From contig JAHLTZ010000003.1 of assembly GCA_025786725.1 (NCBI GenBank), forward strand, positions 914,863-978,862: DNA of 64,000 bases. The letters run 5' to 3'. Both the position numbers and the translations under genes were made by a program. The notes under the pieces are model-generated. The model saw only the letters and a program-made list of their open reading frames with translations, did not search any database and was not told the DNA's origin. Shown one piece after another: positions 51,705-64,000 of this stretch (position 1 is the stretch's first letter; every line of letters starts with the position of its first letter). Origin of the DNA: Syncephalis fuscata S228 (Eukaryota; Fungi; Zoopagomycota).

Positions 51705-52754
51705 GATATATTATATTGTATCTTATAGATCATTATTCCTATTCCTATTATATATCATTATCATTATTATCATTATTATTAACTTTTTTGATTATGAAGA
51801 CTTATCCGTTTGATGTTTCTTATTGTAATTCGCTATCATCTACCATTTTATTAGATTACCATTGCCTTTTCGTATCGCTTTAGGATATTCTACGTACTTA
51901 CGCCAATTATACGATCGTTGTTATTATCATTTGCATTCATATGCCCAACTTGGTGTATGATACTTTTGAGCGTTTATCGCTTAACATTTCGTTCTTTCTA
52001 TATTCATCTATGTCCGGCATTTGCCAACACAAATACAACAATAACATTCACTTTACAATTTAACCGTGTGTCTATTTAATGCTATAATAGATGGAGTTTT
52101 AATGATGTGGGAATAATGGCTTATTTAATTAAATGTACAATTAGAGCAGATGGATTTGGCATTGCCACACTTTTACGTTACGGAATGTGAATTGAAGCAA
52201 TCCACTTTTATCCATACTCAATGAATTATGATTGGTTTTAGAAAAGCACCAATAAACGTAAAGAAATGTGAGACATTGGTCTTAACCAATGAACACTCCA
52301 ATTATAGTAATAATAATAGTGAAAAATAGACACTTGTAATTGATAGAGTGGATGGATACTAGTAATTCACTTACACTAATAGTCATTGTAATTATACTAA
52401 TAGTAATAAGAAAGAGACCCATCTTCCTCTCTTTCTCTCTCTTCCTCTCTCTTTCGTTCTTATTTCACCCATCTTCGTGCGTCTTCTTTCCTTTTCCTCA
52501 GAAATTGTTTTCTTTCTTATTACGCTTCTTTTCTATTGTTGGTCAGACTTATTTTTACTTATTCTTTCTTTCAATTGAATGATTGCTACTTTAGTATCTT
52601 GAACTATATCTTATTGTAAGTAGACTAGAATAGACATGGTTATTACTATTGTTATGGTGGCTATTATACGATGGGCTAAACGATGAAGGATAAGGTTATG
52701 CCTTGAACAGCCTTTAATCTGCCCCTTTTGATAAATCTTTTTATTACTTGTAGA

Positions 52755-52901
52755 TTAACTAGATTGTAAACAATTAAACAATCTTTAACTAGATTGTAAA
52801 CAATTAAACAATCTTTAACTAGATTATAAACAATTAAACAATCTTTAATTAGATTGTAAACATATTAAACAATCTTTAACTAGATTATAAACAATTAAAC
52901 A
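52755..52901. repeat. 30-bp tandem repeat, ~5 copies
   Basis: TTAACTAGATTGTAAACAATTAAACAATCT repeated head to tail upstream of the ankyrin gene. Confidence 0.92.
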
Positions 52902-53494
52902 CTTGCTAACATTGAATACATTGTTTTCTATTTAGTGATTAGTGAAAAGCGTATAGATTTGTTCCAAGTGCTTCAAATCGCTACTCTGACCAATTACAAC
53001 ACGCATACACCTATTCTACGATCAGTTTTATATAACTTATTATATCTATCGTGGGCCGTTTTCTTTACGTAGAGATTGAGCGCTTCAGTACTAAACGCAA
53101 CCAACAACGTATCACAGCTGTGGCACATAAGCGCATTTATTCTGTAAGTATCATAGTGATGGATACTGGGCATATAGGCACATGGGATCTATTAGCATTT
53201 ACTAAACTAATTACTGGCTTGTCTGACAACCTGATAACTCTTATGTTTATTTATAGAAATTCAGTCTACACTATATTAGCGTGCTAGTAGATATTGACAG
53301 ATACGGCCGTTAATAATAACGAGCCGTTATTACGACGAATTTAGAACAACCTATTATTATATTTGACTATTGGTCACTACTATTATTGATTTATCGTTTA
53401 CTATTACTGTTACAACCACGACCACTACAGTTACTTTTGTATTTGGTAACTTTTCATACTGGCGCTATTGTTGACGTCAGTGGCATCCAGTGCC

Positions 53495-56400
53495 ATGAAA
53501 TATTTGGCGGGCGGTACGACGTGCGATCATCTTAATTGTGACGGTTCCACACCAGCCAATATTACTGCCGTGTCTTCTAGTTACCGCCATCAACATTGTC
53601 AGTACGATCAACGACAACAACAGAATAACCAACGACAACAACTAAATCAACCACAACCACAACCACTACAACCATTACAACCACATTATCAATACCCAAG
53701 TGATATGAAGAATGATCATGCTAAATCGCATGATACAGCTAGCGACACCACCGTTAAATATAGCAATACTGCGACAATTACTGCTACAATGATTGAATCA
53801 ACACCACTTGTAGAATCAATGGCAAATAAATGTCCAGATTTAGCTAGACATGCTTTAGAAGGATCAGATTTAAGCAGTGTAGAATCAGAATTGTTGGAAA
53901 GTGATTCCGATATCGATGATGCTAAGCGAATGACCAAAAAACTATCGCGTAAATCACCAACTGAAACTACAGCTGCCATAGCAGCTTCTTCGTCTTCGTC
54001 TTCTCTTCTCCTTCTACATCATCGCAGTATCGTCATCAGCTCGTAAAAATTCAATGGAACGACAAATGGATGCCCTATTCGGTACAGATGATAGTTCATT
54101 TTCAGCCATTTCATCGCTTAGTGAAAGTGACGATCATGATGAAGAATTAGCAAGACCAGAAAGTTTTACATCTAATCAACGACGTAATACGACATTGTCA
54201 TATGGTCGTGCAAGACGTGGTAGAAGGAAACAGGCCAATAGTAATGGCATACATGGAGAACCATTTAAATATGAATCTAGTGATAGTAGTGAATCTATTC
54301 ATCATCATCAACATCGACGACAACGATCAACTGATAGTAATCAACGACATGGTGGAGGTGTGTTTACTGAAGATGAAAGCGATGGTAATAGTATGGATGA
54401 TACCAATCATAGTGTAGATTCGACTATATGTTCACCAAGTGGATCAACCAAAATGGCATATACAAAGTATAGTTCTACCAGCAATATTCGACGTAAAACC
54501 GATACAGAAGCCACTCGACCCAATCAACGGGATCGTTCAGGCCGTACACCTATATTTCGATGTATTTCCAGCAATGATCTTAATGGGCTTAAACGATGGC
54601 TAGGTATGGGGGCCGATGTTAATGCACGCGACCATGCTGGCTGGACACCCATTCATGAAGCATGTATTTATGGCAATCTAGATATTGTACGTTGTATAAT
54701 TGAAGTCACGCTAATGTAAATGCTACGGGTAAAAACGGCGATACACCATTACACGATGCAGCCAGAAGAGGGTGGCAAGATGTAGTAGAAGTGTTATTAC
54801 AAGCTGGTGCCAATCCAGATATTGCTAATAAGAAAGGCCAACGGCCTGTCGATGTATGTGGACAATATCCAGCTATTCGTAACTATTTAGCTAGACGACT
54901 TCGCCTACAAAATCTTACTATGTCGCGAGACCGGGCTGGTCAAACAATGCTACACCGTGCCTGTTCACGTAATAGAATAGCTGATGTATTGGATCTACTT
55001 AATTGCGGTGCTAGTGTAGAAGCATGTGACTATGCCGGATGGACACCATTACATGAAGCAGCCCTGGAAGGACACGTCGGTATTGTTAAACTGTTACTGG
55101 CCAATGGAGCCAATGCCAATGCCAAGGGACACGGCGGGGACACTTCATTACACGATGCAAGTCAAAATGGTCATATTAGTGTAGTAAAACTGTTAATTGA
55201 ACATGGTGCCGATCCACGAATAAAGAATGAGGCCGGACAACGACCCATCGATGTGGCAAATGATTCACAGATTAGTGAATTATTACGTAAAAGCAGTAAA
55301 ACATGGAAGAAATCTATTATGGATAAAAAAGGTCAGAATACAACAATGAATACGGATTCAGACTTTACCCAAGACAATTCTATGTCATCGACTAAATTGA
55401 CAAGTACTTGTTTATCAGCCTCATTAGCATCATCGCCTCCTTCTTCTATTTGTTCCTCCCCTCCACCACCACCACCACTATCACTACCCCCATCTTCTAG
55501 TTCACCTGGGCCATCGACAAATGGTCGATTCTTTTCTATCGATAGTAATAGTATGAAAGGACTCGAATTATCAGATACCGGACGTGGCAATCGATCTGAA
55601 CAGATTGGTTTTCATCGACGTTTACAATCACTGTCTACAGTTACTGATGTGATTAAATCAGATAAGCGATCATCACTTGGTAAACATTTAATGTCAAAAG
55701 ATGACGATGATGAAGATGAAGACGATGAAGAGGACGACGACAACGACGAAGAGGACGACGAAGAGGACGGTCATATAAATAAAAAGATGGCCAAATCAAA
55801 AAAGCCACGACATAAACCACGTACAAGTCGGTCCCAATCACCACATACACACACTACTAAAGACAATGGATCCATAAATGCCAATGGACAAGCTCCACTG
55901 TCAAGAGAAGAGCGTAAAATGCAACAATTGATGGCCACTATACGTCGACTTGAAGAACGAGATGAAAAGAAACGACGACGTCGACTTCATTCAGAAAGAT
56001 CAGCCTCGCCTCAAACACATGTTCGTTCTGATCATCATCACTTATCACGATCACCACCACCACCACCTACAACAACAACAACAACAACACAACAACGAGA
56101 TACTGTATCATTAATGCCACCACTATCATTACCACCATCACCACCATCACCACCACCTATAATAGCAACTACATTAGCAACAGCAGGTGCACTGTCATCC
56201 ACTACATTAACATCTACACATCCATCTAATACACCGACACCTATTATTAAACGGAAACCAGGTCGTCCACGTCGTATTAGTCAAACTAGTCTAACTACAC
56301 ACCGACGGGTAAATAGCAGCAATGCTTTAACTAACAAACTTAAATGTGAAGAAGTGTCCAAAACAGTCAAGGGGCGGGTACAAGAGTTGAATGATATGGA

Positions 56401-58118
56401 TAGACGGGCCCGACATAGAGACAGCAGTGGTAGAACAGCGCTTCATCGACGGGCTAAAAAAGCTGATTTAGATAGTGCGCGTCAATTACTCGCTCATGGT
56501 GCTGATGTTAATTGCCGTGATAATGCTGGCTGGTCTCCATTACATGAAGCAGCACTGGCCGGTCATGCTGATATGGTGCAGTTACTATTGTCCCATGGTG
56601 CCAATGTGTCAGTACAAGCGGAGAACCTTGATACACCGTTACATGATGCAGCAGAGGCTGGTTACGTTCAAGTAGTACGGCTTCTACTTGATGCCGGTGC
56701 CTCACCTGATGTCAAGAACGAACAAGGCATGACACCCCTTGATCTGGTGGATGTAGATGCTATTAAAGATGTTGATGAGCGACGTATTGCTAAAGAGATC
56801 CGTGAATTACTTAACAAAGCATTACGTAGTCAGAATAGACGATCTAAATCTGAATTAGAAAGTAAACGAGTAGCCGGTAAGTTGTTATCATTATTTAATA
56901 ATAATAATCAATGTTACTAATGATCTATTTATTGATATAGGTGATGATGCGGCTATGTCGGATGCTTCTAATACTTCTTTACGTAGAAAGCGTCGGCTTG
57001 TTTCGGGTCGTCAATTGGCATCTCGTCGATATGATGATGATGACGATGATGAAATAAACGACGATCGTCATATTAAGGTTAAATCACAGGAAAAGAAGAA
57101 GAGAGATGGTAGAAAACGACAAAGTAAAACGCCAGAATCTTCTCTATCCACAAATACGTCAACGTCAACAGCAACACATACAGCAATACGACATGCTAAA
57201 CGTACTTCTGTTGTAGTAAAACAAGAAGAAGAGGAATTAAATGAGCCATTATTATTTACAAAGATGATACTGCCCGTTAAAGTAAAGCGTGAACCATTAA
57301 CAGATCATACAACAGCACCTTTACCATTAAAGGCCCGATTCTTTCCACCTTCAACGATACCACGACTTGATATGGCCCATGCTAAACGATTTCTACCATT
57401 ATATACAGTTCAATTGGATACCACAACCTCATATACTAATGGACATGGTTTATTAAATACAGATCAAGGTGGCCATAATGCCTTCTTTGTTATTGATCTT
57501 CAAGTGCACCATTTACTAGATTTACCACAACATTTATCGTTATTTGCTCGATATCCTGACTTGCAGCGTCGATCGGTGGGTCAGCGAGAGAAGGAGCGGT
57601 TCTGGGGACCGTTGGCGTATATGTTAATGGCTAATGGACGATCCGGTCAAGTAATGCCAGCTCATAGTACACTGCAATGGAAGGAACAAGAGAAGCGTCG
57701 ATTTTTGTCGACGGATATTTACTTTGTTCGTTTAGATGATGTGGCGAGTCTTATACGACGTGACTATCCGTATTTAAGTGAACAGTTGATTACTATTAAA
57801 TTGGATTTAGGATTTTCTGATGACATTGCTACTAATGCGTTACGTTCTAATAATCAACATGGCACGTGTACAGAGGATTCAATGGCTTTAGATACGTTGC
57901 AGTCACCATTAGTATCTACCACCACCACTACCACAACGGCGACGAATGGTGCGGCGACTAAATCTACTCTGCCTCCTCCTACTCCTCCGACAACGATGAG
58001 TGCTACATTTAGTTTACCGGCTAAATTTGCTATGAAGTTAAACAAACAGCTAAATACTAATGTTGCTACTACCTCCACCTCTTCTACCACTACTACCAAT
58101 AAGCAAAGTCAACGATAG
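53495..58118 (+). CDS. Large ankyrin-repeat nuclear protein (ANKRD11/12, BCOR or Hos4-like; family uncertain)
   Basis: Three ankyrin clusters, each with D(H/Y/N)AGW(T/S)P(I/L)HEA and DT(P/S)LHDA; AT-hook-like KRKPGRPRR; acidic/basic tracts; intron ~56877-56940; frameshifts near 54000-54050 and 54705. Confidence 0.85.
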
Positions 58119-58444
58119 CGTTTTTATTCTTTGTTTGTTTTTTTTGCATTTCTTTTTTTCTTTTTCACTTTACGTGATTGCTCGTATATATATATATATA
58201 TACTTTACACACAAGTCTTTTGTATAAACTCTGACTTTTTTTTTGGGTAACACATAGAACACATCGAGGGGTAGTCCATATTATAAAATGTATTTTATGC
58301 CATTATAACTAGCACTAGATCAATTTATTGTTATCCTCCTATGGTTATTTACTATTAGTTTATAGTTTAGTATAGTTGGTTGTTTTAAAATAAACAGTTT
58401 AAATTTATTTAGTTTATTAAAATGGTGTAGTTTTATGGTTATAA

Positions 58445-59490
58445 CCATGATTTTGGTGTTGGATGACTATTTTGTTAATGTTTACTCTATTGAACATGGA
58501 AACAAGTGGCAAGTTTTATTTAATCATTACACTATTACATTTATTGTTATTTAATGGTTAAATGACTAATATTTAATAATATTGAATCGATTGAACATGA
58601 TGATGGGTGGTGAGTGACATCAGTCATTAAATACTCATTATTGTAGCTTTATTATTCAGTATGCATATATTCTATGTACTTGTATTATTCTATACCATAT
58701 TGGGTATATTATATTGTTTATATGTTCTAATAAGCCTTATTAAGTCTACTCATTACATTATATACACTATAAATTTTACACCGCTTTTTATGCTTTCATA
58801 CAATACATTGATTATTTTATGTATCATTCTATACTTGAATAGTCTTCCTCTATTCAAAACTATTTTATTTTGTTCTAGTTTTATTATTAATAAATGACTA
58901 ATTTCATTCATTGATCATGCATATATACTCAATAACTTAACATTGCTAATCTCGTTTAATATTGCATACTCATTATAATGTATACTATTCTATTACATAT
59001 TGGCTATGTGCTATCTAGTGCGTTGTTTGTTTGGTTCCAGCTCTATTACTATAAAGCTTGGTCATTGCACTTAACATTGAGCTATATCGGTAGAACAAAT
59101 ATTAGAGGTATGTGTAAACTTTTGCTTTATTAAAAGTATTTAGCACTTTGATTATGATGGCTAATTAGGACGAATTAGTTGATGGCAGTTAGTTATAACT
59201 TTGATGGTATCCAAGTTAAGTAATGTGGCACTAATAGAATGACAAGCTTAAAAAAGCAGATTGGTGCAGAAATGAGATAAACTATGAATAAAGGCAGTGC
59301 AAATAGTAATAGCGCAATACTGTGCAAATGTAATGATATATGTATTTACAATTGAAAATAAATGTATACAGTATAATAAATCTATAATGCTGAGTATTTT
59401 GATCACTGATGTCACTCACTGCTTATCATCATGTTCAATGGAAAAAATATTATTAATTGTAGACATTCAACATCGAATTACATTAGATTA
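58445..59490 (+). mobile_element. Repeat family A copy 5
   Basis: Left arm with the doubled ATTGAACATG motif, interior shared with copy 4, right arm GAGTATTTTGATCACTGATGTCACTCAC..CATGTTCAAT. Confidence 0.82.
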
Positions 59491-59957
59491 TTAGTGAATT
59501 GTTTAATATCAATGTATTGGAACTAGTATAAGTAAATCATTGGTATTATTGTTAAAATAAGCAGTGCCAATGTAGCTGTATTAAATGTAGCTAACTAATT
59601 AATATTATATTTATTTAATAAACTAAATAAACTGTATAACAGCACATAATCTCAATTAAAGCAACTAAGGGGCAATAATGTCATTCTTTTGGATTCCTCA
59701 TTGTATGCATGCTTCAATAAATTAAGATACAGGCGCAACAGCTGTACCAGTTCAGGTGTGTAAGAAATCGTGCACGCCGTAGAGTTGGACTTGATACGTG
59801 AAACTAATAATATGCTGAGTGAAAATATATGTAACATATAGGATGCTGTATTTAGTATTGATATGTTTTTTGGAGTTTTAAAATAAAAGTTGTTAGCAGC
59901 TAGTTATTTTATTGCTTTTGACAATATATCTTTTTTAACACACTGCAACTTATTAAC

Positions 59958-60364
59958 ATGAATACTTTTATGTTATTATCTCTGCTCTTGTAACTGCTTT
60001 TATGGCCAGCACCGCTGCAACCAATACCAGAACTATGCCTCAAGCATTAACTAGCGTCTCAAATATTAAAGAATTTTAGAGTTTATGTATTTATTAACAA
60101 TACATTTGACTAACTTTAAATGAGATTAGTATTTGAAAAGCGCTGTATTCATAAATTTCAAGTGGCATCGATAACATGCAACAAAGTGCCAGTAAATTTA
60201 ACAAACGCCAAACAGTATTGGTGGCACTCTTAACAACATACTGCAAAGCTATAAGCAAAGTTATGAGCAAAATACCAGTAAATGGCGTTAATAGCATTAA
60301 TATAAAGTTAGCATTGCACCACATATCTTGTTTATTTCTTCACTCAATACAACATTGTCAATAA
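59958..60364 (+). pseudogene. Degenerate small secreted protein, tandem paralogue of 61018
   Basis: MNTF[Y]VIISALVTAFMASTAATNTRTMP (needs +1 T), then stop/frameshifts. The later segment SGIDNMQQSAS aligns with SYIKKIQQSGI; upstream DNA is also duplicated. Confidence 0.6.
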
Positions 60365-61017
60365 TTGGCAATCAGCTTAGCCTTGTATCAAATTTAGTTC
60401 CGTTTCAGCTCCTTCCCGTGCTACAAAAGCAGCATTTGTTAATAATGATTGCTTTTAATCTGGTTGCGTTTATCTGACTCGACAATTTTAGTATAGATAA
60501 AATATCTTTTCCTTGGCTTTAATATATGACTCTAAGTTTTTAAGTTTGTACGCCATATCTTTATTGATGTAAAAATAATCTAGCACATGAAATAATCATT
60601 ATAAACAGTGTAATACGCACACTATTATTATCTTTTGGCCATTAGGCATCATATTGGTACAAATGATGAGATATTTAGGAAGGTATGCTGTATGAATAAG
60701 CAACCAAATAATAGCAAACATTGATGTATGTTGCTTTCACCATGCTATTAGTAATCGCGTATGCAACTGTTGGTATTAAGAAATCTACATTAAGCTAAAG
60801 TCAAGTTGGATACACGAAGGTTATGCATGTCTTGAGTAAATTTGTATTTAACGCATTGGGTTAGTCATATGCCGAAAAGACCGCTTGAAATTTGCACCAT
60901 GAGGTATTGAATGTAGAAATGACCTTTGAGCTTTTAAGACAAAAAATGCTAATACCTAACTGTTTTCCTTTGTTGTTTAACTGCACAGTATCATACTAAC
61001 TTTTTTAAATTTTTAAC

Positions 61018-61365
61018 ATGAAGATCTATTACGCTATTATCTCTGCCCTTGCTGTCGTTTTTGTGGCCAGTACTACTATGGCCGATACCGAACCTATGCC
61101 AGCACTTCAAAAATCAATCAGCTTTGAGCAAATCAAAGATGCCGTGGATGCAAATAGATATATTTGTGCTGTACTCAACCGGCTTGCAAATATTATTCAA
61201 AAGTTGAATAGTGCTGATGTCAAATAAATAGCAAGTTATATCAAAAAGATTCAACAAAGCGGCATTCAAATCGAACAAGCATCAAACAGGATCAATGCCG
61301 CTTTTGCTAAAATAGCAAAGAAATGCGGGATTAATGAGTTGGATCGTGCTATTAAATGGGGATAA
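61018..61365 (+). CDS. Small secreted helical protein with one in-frame TAA (possible pseudogene)
   Basis: Signal peptide MKIYYAIISALAVVFVASTTMA. The frame continues past TAA 61225-61227 as IASYIKKIQQSGIQIEQASNRINAAFAKIAKKCGINELDRAIKWG*. Confidence 0.65.
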
Positions 61366-62561
61366 TAGCAGCGATATAAAGCCAATAACTGGAGCAGAAT
61401 TAAAGTCAATACTGCAATATGCATTTGCCTGTTAGTTTGTTTAATACAGCACTGTTACTGACCTGGCAGTTAATTCAATCGTGTGTTAAGCTTTGGTTAT
61501 ATATTTCATCTATTTTCATGCTAAAATTAGTATTTGTCACCAGTAATTGTTTTGAACTGGTTTATTTTATTAAACTTGTAAATTCATATAAATGTTAATA
61601 ATACCATTTCATAGTGAATGATGCCAAAAATAATTAGAGAGTAGCAAAGAAGAATTTTAATGGCATTCTTTACTGAATAATATGGATCTACTCTACGTAT
61701 AAATAGAATAGCATCCGCGCAATAATGTTGCTTGGCTGATTAAACTAAATCTTACCTTACACAGCTCCGAGTTAGTGGCCAGAGTATTAAGTGATTGTGT
61801 TGATGGTTGAAAATGTGTTGAGCCGAGCATTATACCGCATGTTCACCGTGCGTGGATAATACATGCGTAAATAAGCCACATGCTGTTTTAATTAGCAATC
61901 AATTATTGTTGCCATGTTTTGGTAATATGTAGTTTATGCTTATTGTTGCATTACCGTTTAGCCGAAATAGAAACAGTGTCTAAGTGACTAGTTAGCTTAT
62001 TTTAGTAGCAAATTACTAGATTACAGTTGATTATAAATTACTATATACAATAAAGCCTGCGTGAGTCATTAAGCTGTGAACAGTATGCAATGCTGACCAC
62101 TGCATGCCAATCAACTGTTGCGTTCTAATCACACGCTAGCAATGGTCTTGGTATTTCATAAGATTCAGCATGCGGCAATGGGCATATTAATCACCAATGA
62201 CGATAAAGATAATTAATAACTGACCAGCCATAATAGTGGTATGTAAATGTTAATGTGCATTAATGAGCTGCTGTTTATAGTAAATTGGTAATTTAGCCGG
62301 TATTTATTCAAACCCCGTTTATTTGCGGTTTATTTGTGCAGCTTAAACTGTAGTGTTCATTCATATTATTGTGCATTATTTGAATAGCTATAGCATTTAA
62401 TAAAGTCTATTTATTATAATATGACTGCTAATAGTGTATGTGTGAAAGCCATGCATCTGTATGTTACTAAGCGCGTGAAAGGCGGCTCAATATAATGCTA
62501 TATTATAATACGCTCAATAAGGGTAGTACATGTGTATGGCCTAACCGTTTTTCTTTTCCCA

Positions 62562-63990
62562 ATGTCGACTATTGCTAATGTCGCTACGAGCGACATCACT
62601 TCTGCTTCTGGCTCCAGAGTACTGCCTGTAGAACTTGTTGTACTTTTACTTGCATTCCTTCCGCCAGACATAGGTGTTCAATTAGCTAACGTAAATAGGT
62701 GGTACCGCAAAGCTATCAAGACAAACACCGTTTATTGGCAGCAAGCGTGCCGCGGCTTGACACTTGAGGACCTCGGCGAGCAGGTCGACTGGTATAGCTG
62801 CTACATACAACTAAAACGCTTGTACTGGGCATGGCAGTTGGATAAACGTATCGAGTATTCTCTCCATCCTAACTTACCTGCGCTATGGCTTTCTATGTAC
62901 GAACTAGTGGCTGCCAATGAACAATGGGCTGTAGTGGCTTCTGGACGACCACTACGGCTATTTCTTGTTTCAATTGGCAGCCCAGCGCCATTAAGAGATG
63001 ACCAGTCAAATATTTTACTAAAAAATTTGGCACCAGCTCCAATTGAATTAGCATTGCCACCACCGCCTACCCAGCCGCGCTTAGTGGCCCGCCATTATTA
63101 GCACCTACTTGGGGCGTTATTTCTGGCGACTATTTAGTTGTACGCACACCTCGTGACCATTTCTTTCCTAGTATTCCTCCCTGTCTACTTGTATGGCGGA
63201 TAAGCAACCGCCAACCACTGCGTTGGGTGCCGTTAGGATTTGCAGATACACGACGCACTTTTGCATCTGGCCGCTGGCTTTTGAGTACACTAGGAGGTGG
63301 AGGAAGAAGAAATAATATGCTAAACAGCAACGTCCCTACTTCCGTTGAACGCACTTTCCTACTTGATATGGATCCGGGATTATCAAAGCCTATAAACCTA
63401 AGTAAATCAAATGAAAGCTATTACAGCAGCAGTAAAAGCAAAACAAAAGTAGAGAATTATAAAGAATCTGACCAACTATTACAGGATGAAAGCAGATGAC
63501 GGTTGCTGACGAAGAACACAGTGATTATTGGCGTCCTGTTGCTTCTTTTTCCGAACATCATTGTGTCATTTTCTTACCGGATGCAATTTCAACAAAGGTT
63601 AAACGGCTTTATAATTGCCATTTACTAAATCATGCAATACGATGGTCAATATTTGGACTGACCGATCAAGGAAAAATGATCAAATTGGACCATGGCACAC
63701 TTGAAGTTAAACGATGTATAAAAACCGTAATGAATGCAATAATAATTGATGAGCATTACGTTTTATTAACTGGCCAGTGTGAAATGGCTGACTACGATGG
63801 TGCTGATGAACATTTTCGCGAAACATCATACGTTATTGTACATAATCTCAAATCAAATAGTTTAAGCAGGCTATTGCCTGGCTATAAGCTAGTTTATCCA
63901 CCGACTAACCAATCAATATTACCGCCATCAGCAGCGGTGTTTTCATCATCACACATCATACGAACTGTCGACATTTCTTTTGTCAAATGA
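62562..63990 (+). CDS. F-box protein (frameshifted in this assembly)
   Basis: LPVELVVLLLAFLPPDIGVQLANVNRWYR..YWQQAC..DWYSCY..L..AW F-box pattern. Coding continues in shifted frames near 63070 and 63495. Confidence 0.78.
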
Positions 63991-64000
63991 ATCAACTGGT

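Noticed and set aside
52755-52901. TAG|ATT|GTAAAC in the 30-bp tandem repeat as a second micro-exon array
   Set aside because: Implied introns are only ~27 nt, far shorter than others here. The trinucleotide is invariant, two copies lack GT, and there is no upstream coding exon.

Overview
AT-rich eukaryotic (fungal) genomic DNA with short GT-AG introns. An early-diverging fungus, plausibly Zoopagomycota such as Syncephalis, is inferred from gene content and intron style but not proven. Recognisable genes: two divergent secreted GDSL lipases, a heavily spliced velvet-domain regulator not evident from the ORF track, a secreted GH37 trehalase, Rtf2, metaxin/Sam37, a Skn7-type HSF/receiver regulator, tRNA-Phe(GAA), Rrp4, Mcm1/SRF, mitochondrial L6, a DDHD phospholipase, a Ser/Gln-rich unknown protein, an ankyrin-repeat protein, two tandem small secreted paralogues and an F-box protein. 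Repeats include a ~0.8-1 kb long-TIR non-autonomous element (5 copies plus a fragment), an older dispersed repeat, and a 1.5 kb ACACCA satellite enclosed by two nested perfect inverted repeats. The standout is 44277-~45600. A signal-peptide/pro-peptide exon is followed by 14 tiny internal exons, 13 of them exactly 3 nt (TAG|NNN|GTA; one has a mutated ATAAGT donor). All are phase 1, and most sit in an ~80-bp tandem array. Spliced together they give a short cationic Cys/Arg peptide, making this a candidate micro-exon system for combinatorial peptide diversification. Caveat: many genes carry single-base frameshifts, mostly at homopolymers, which suggests an unpolished assembly.
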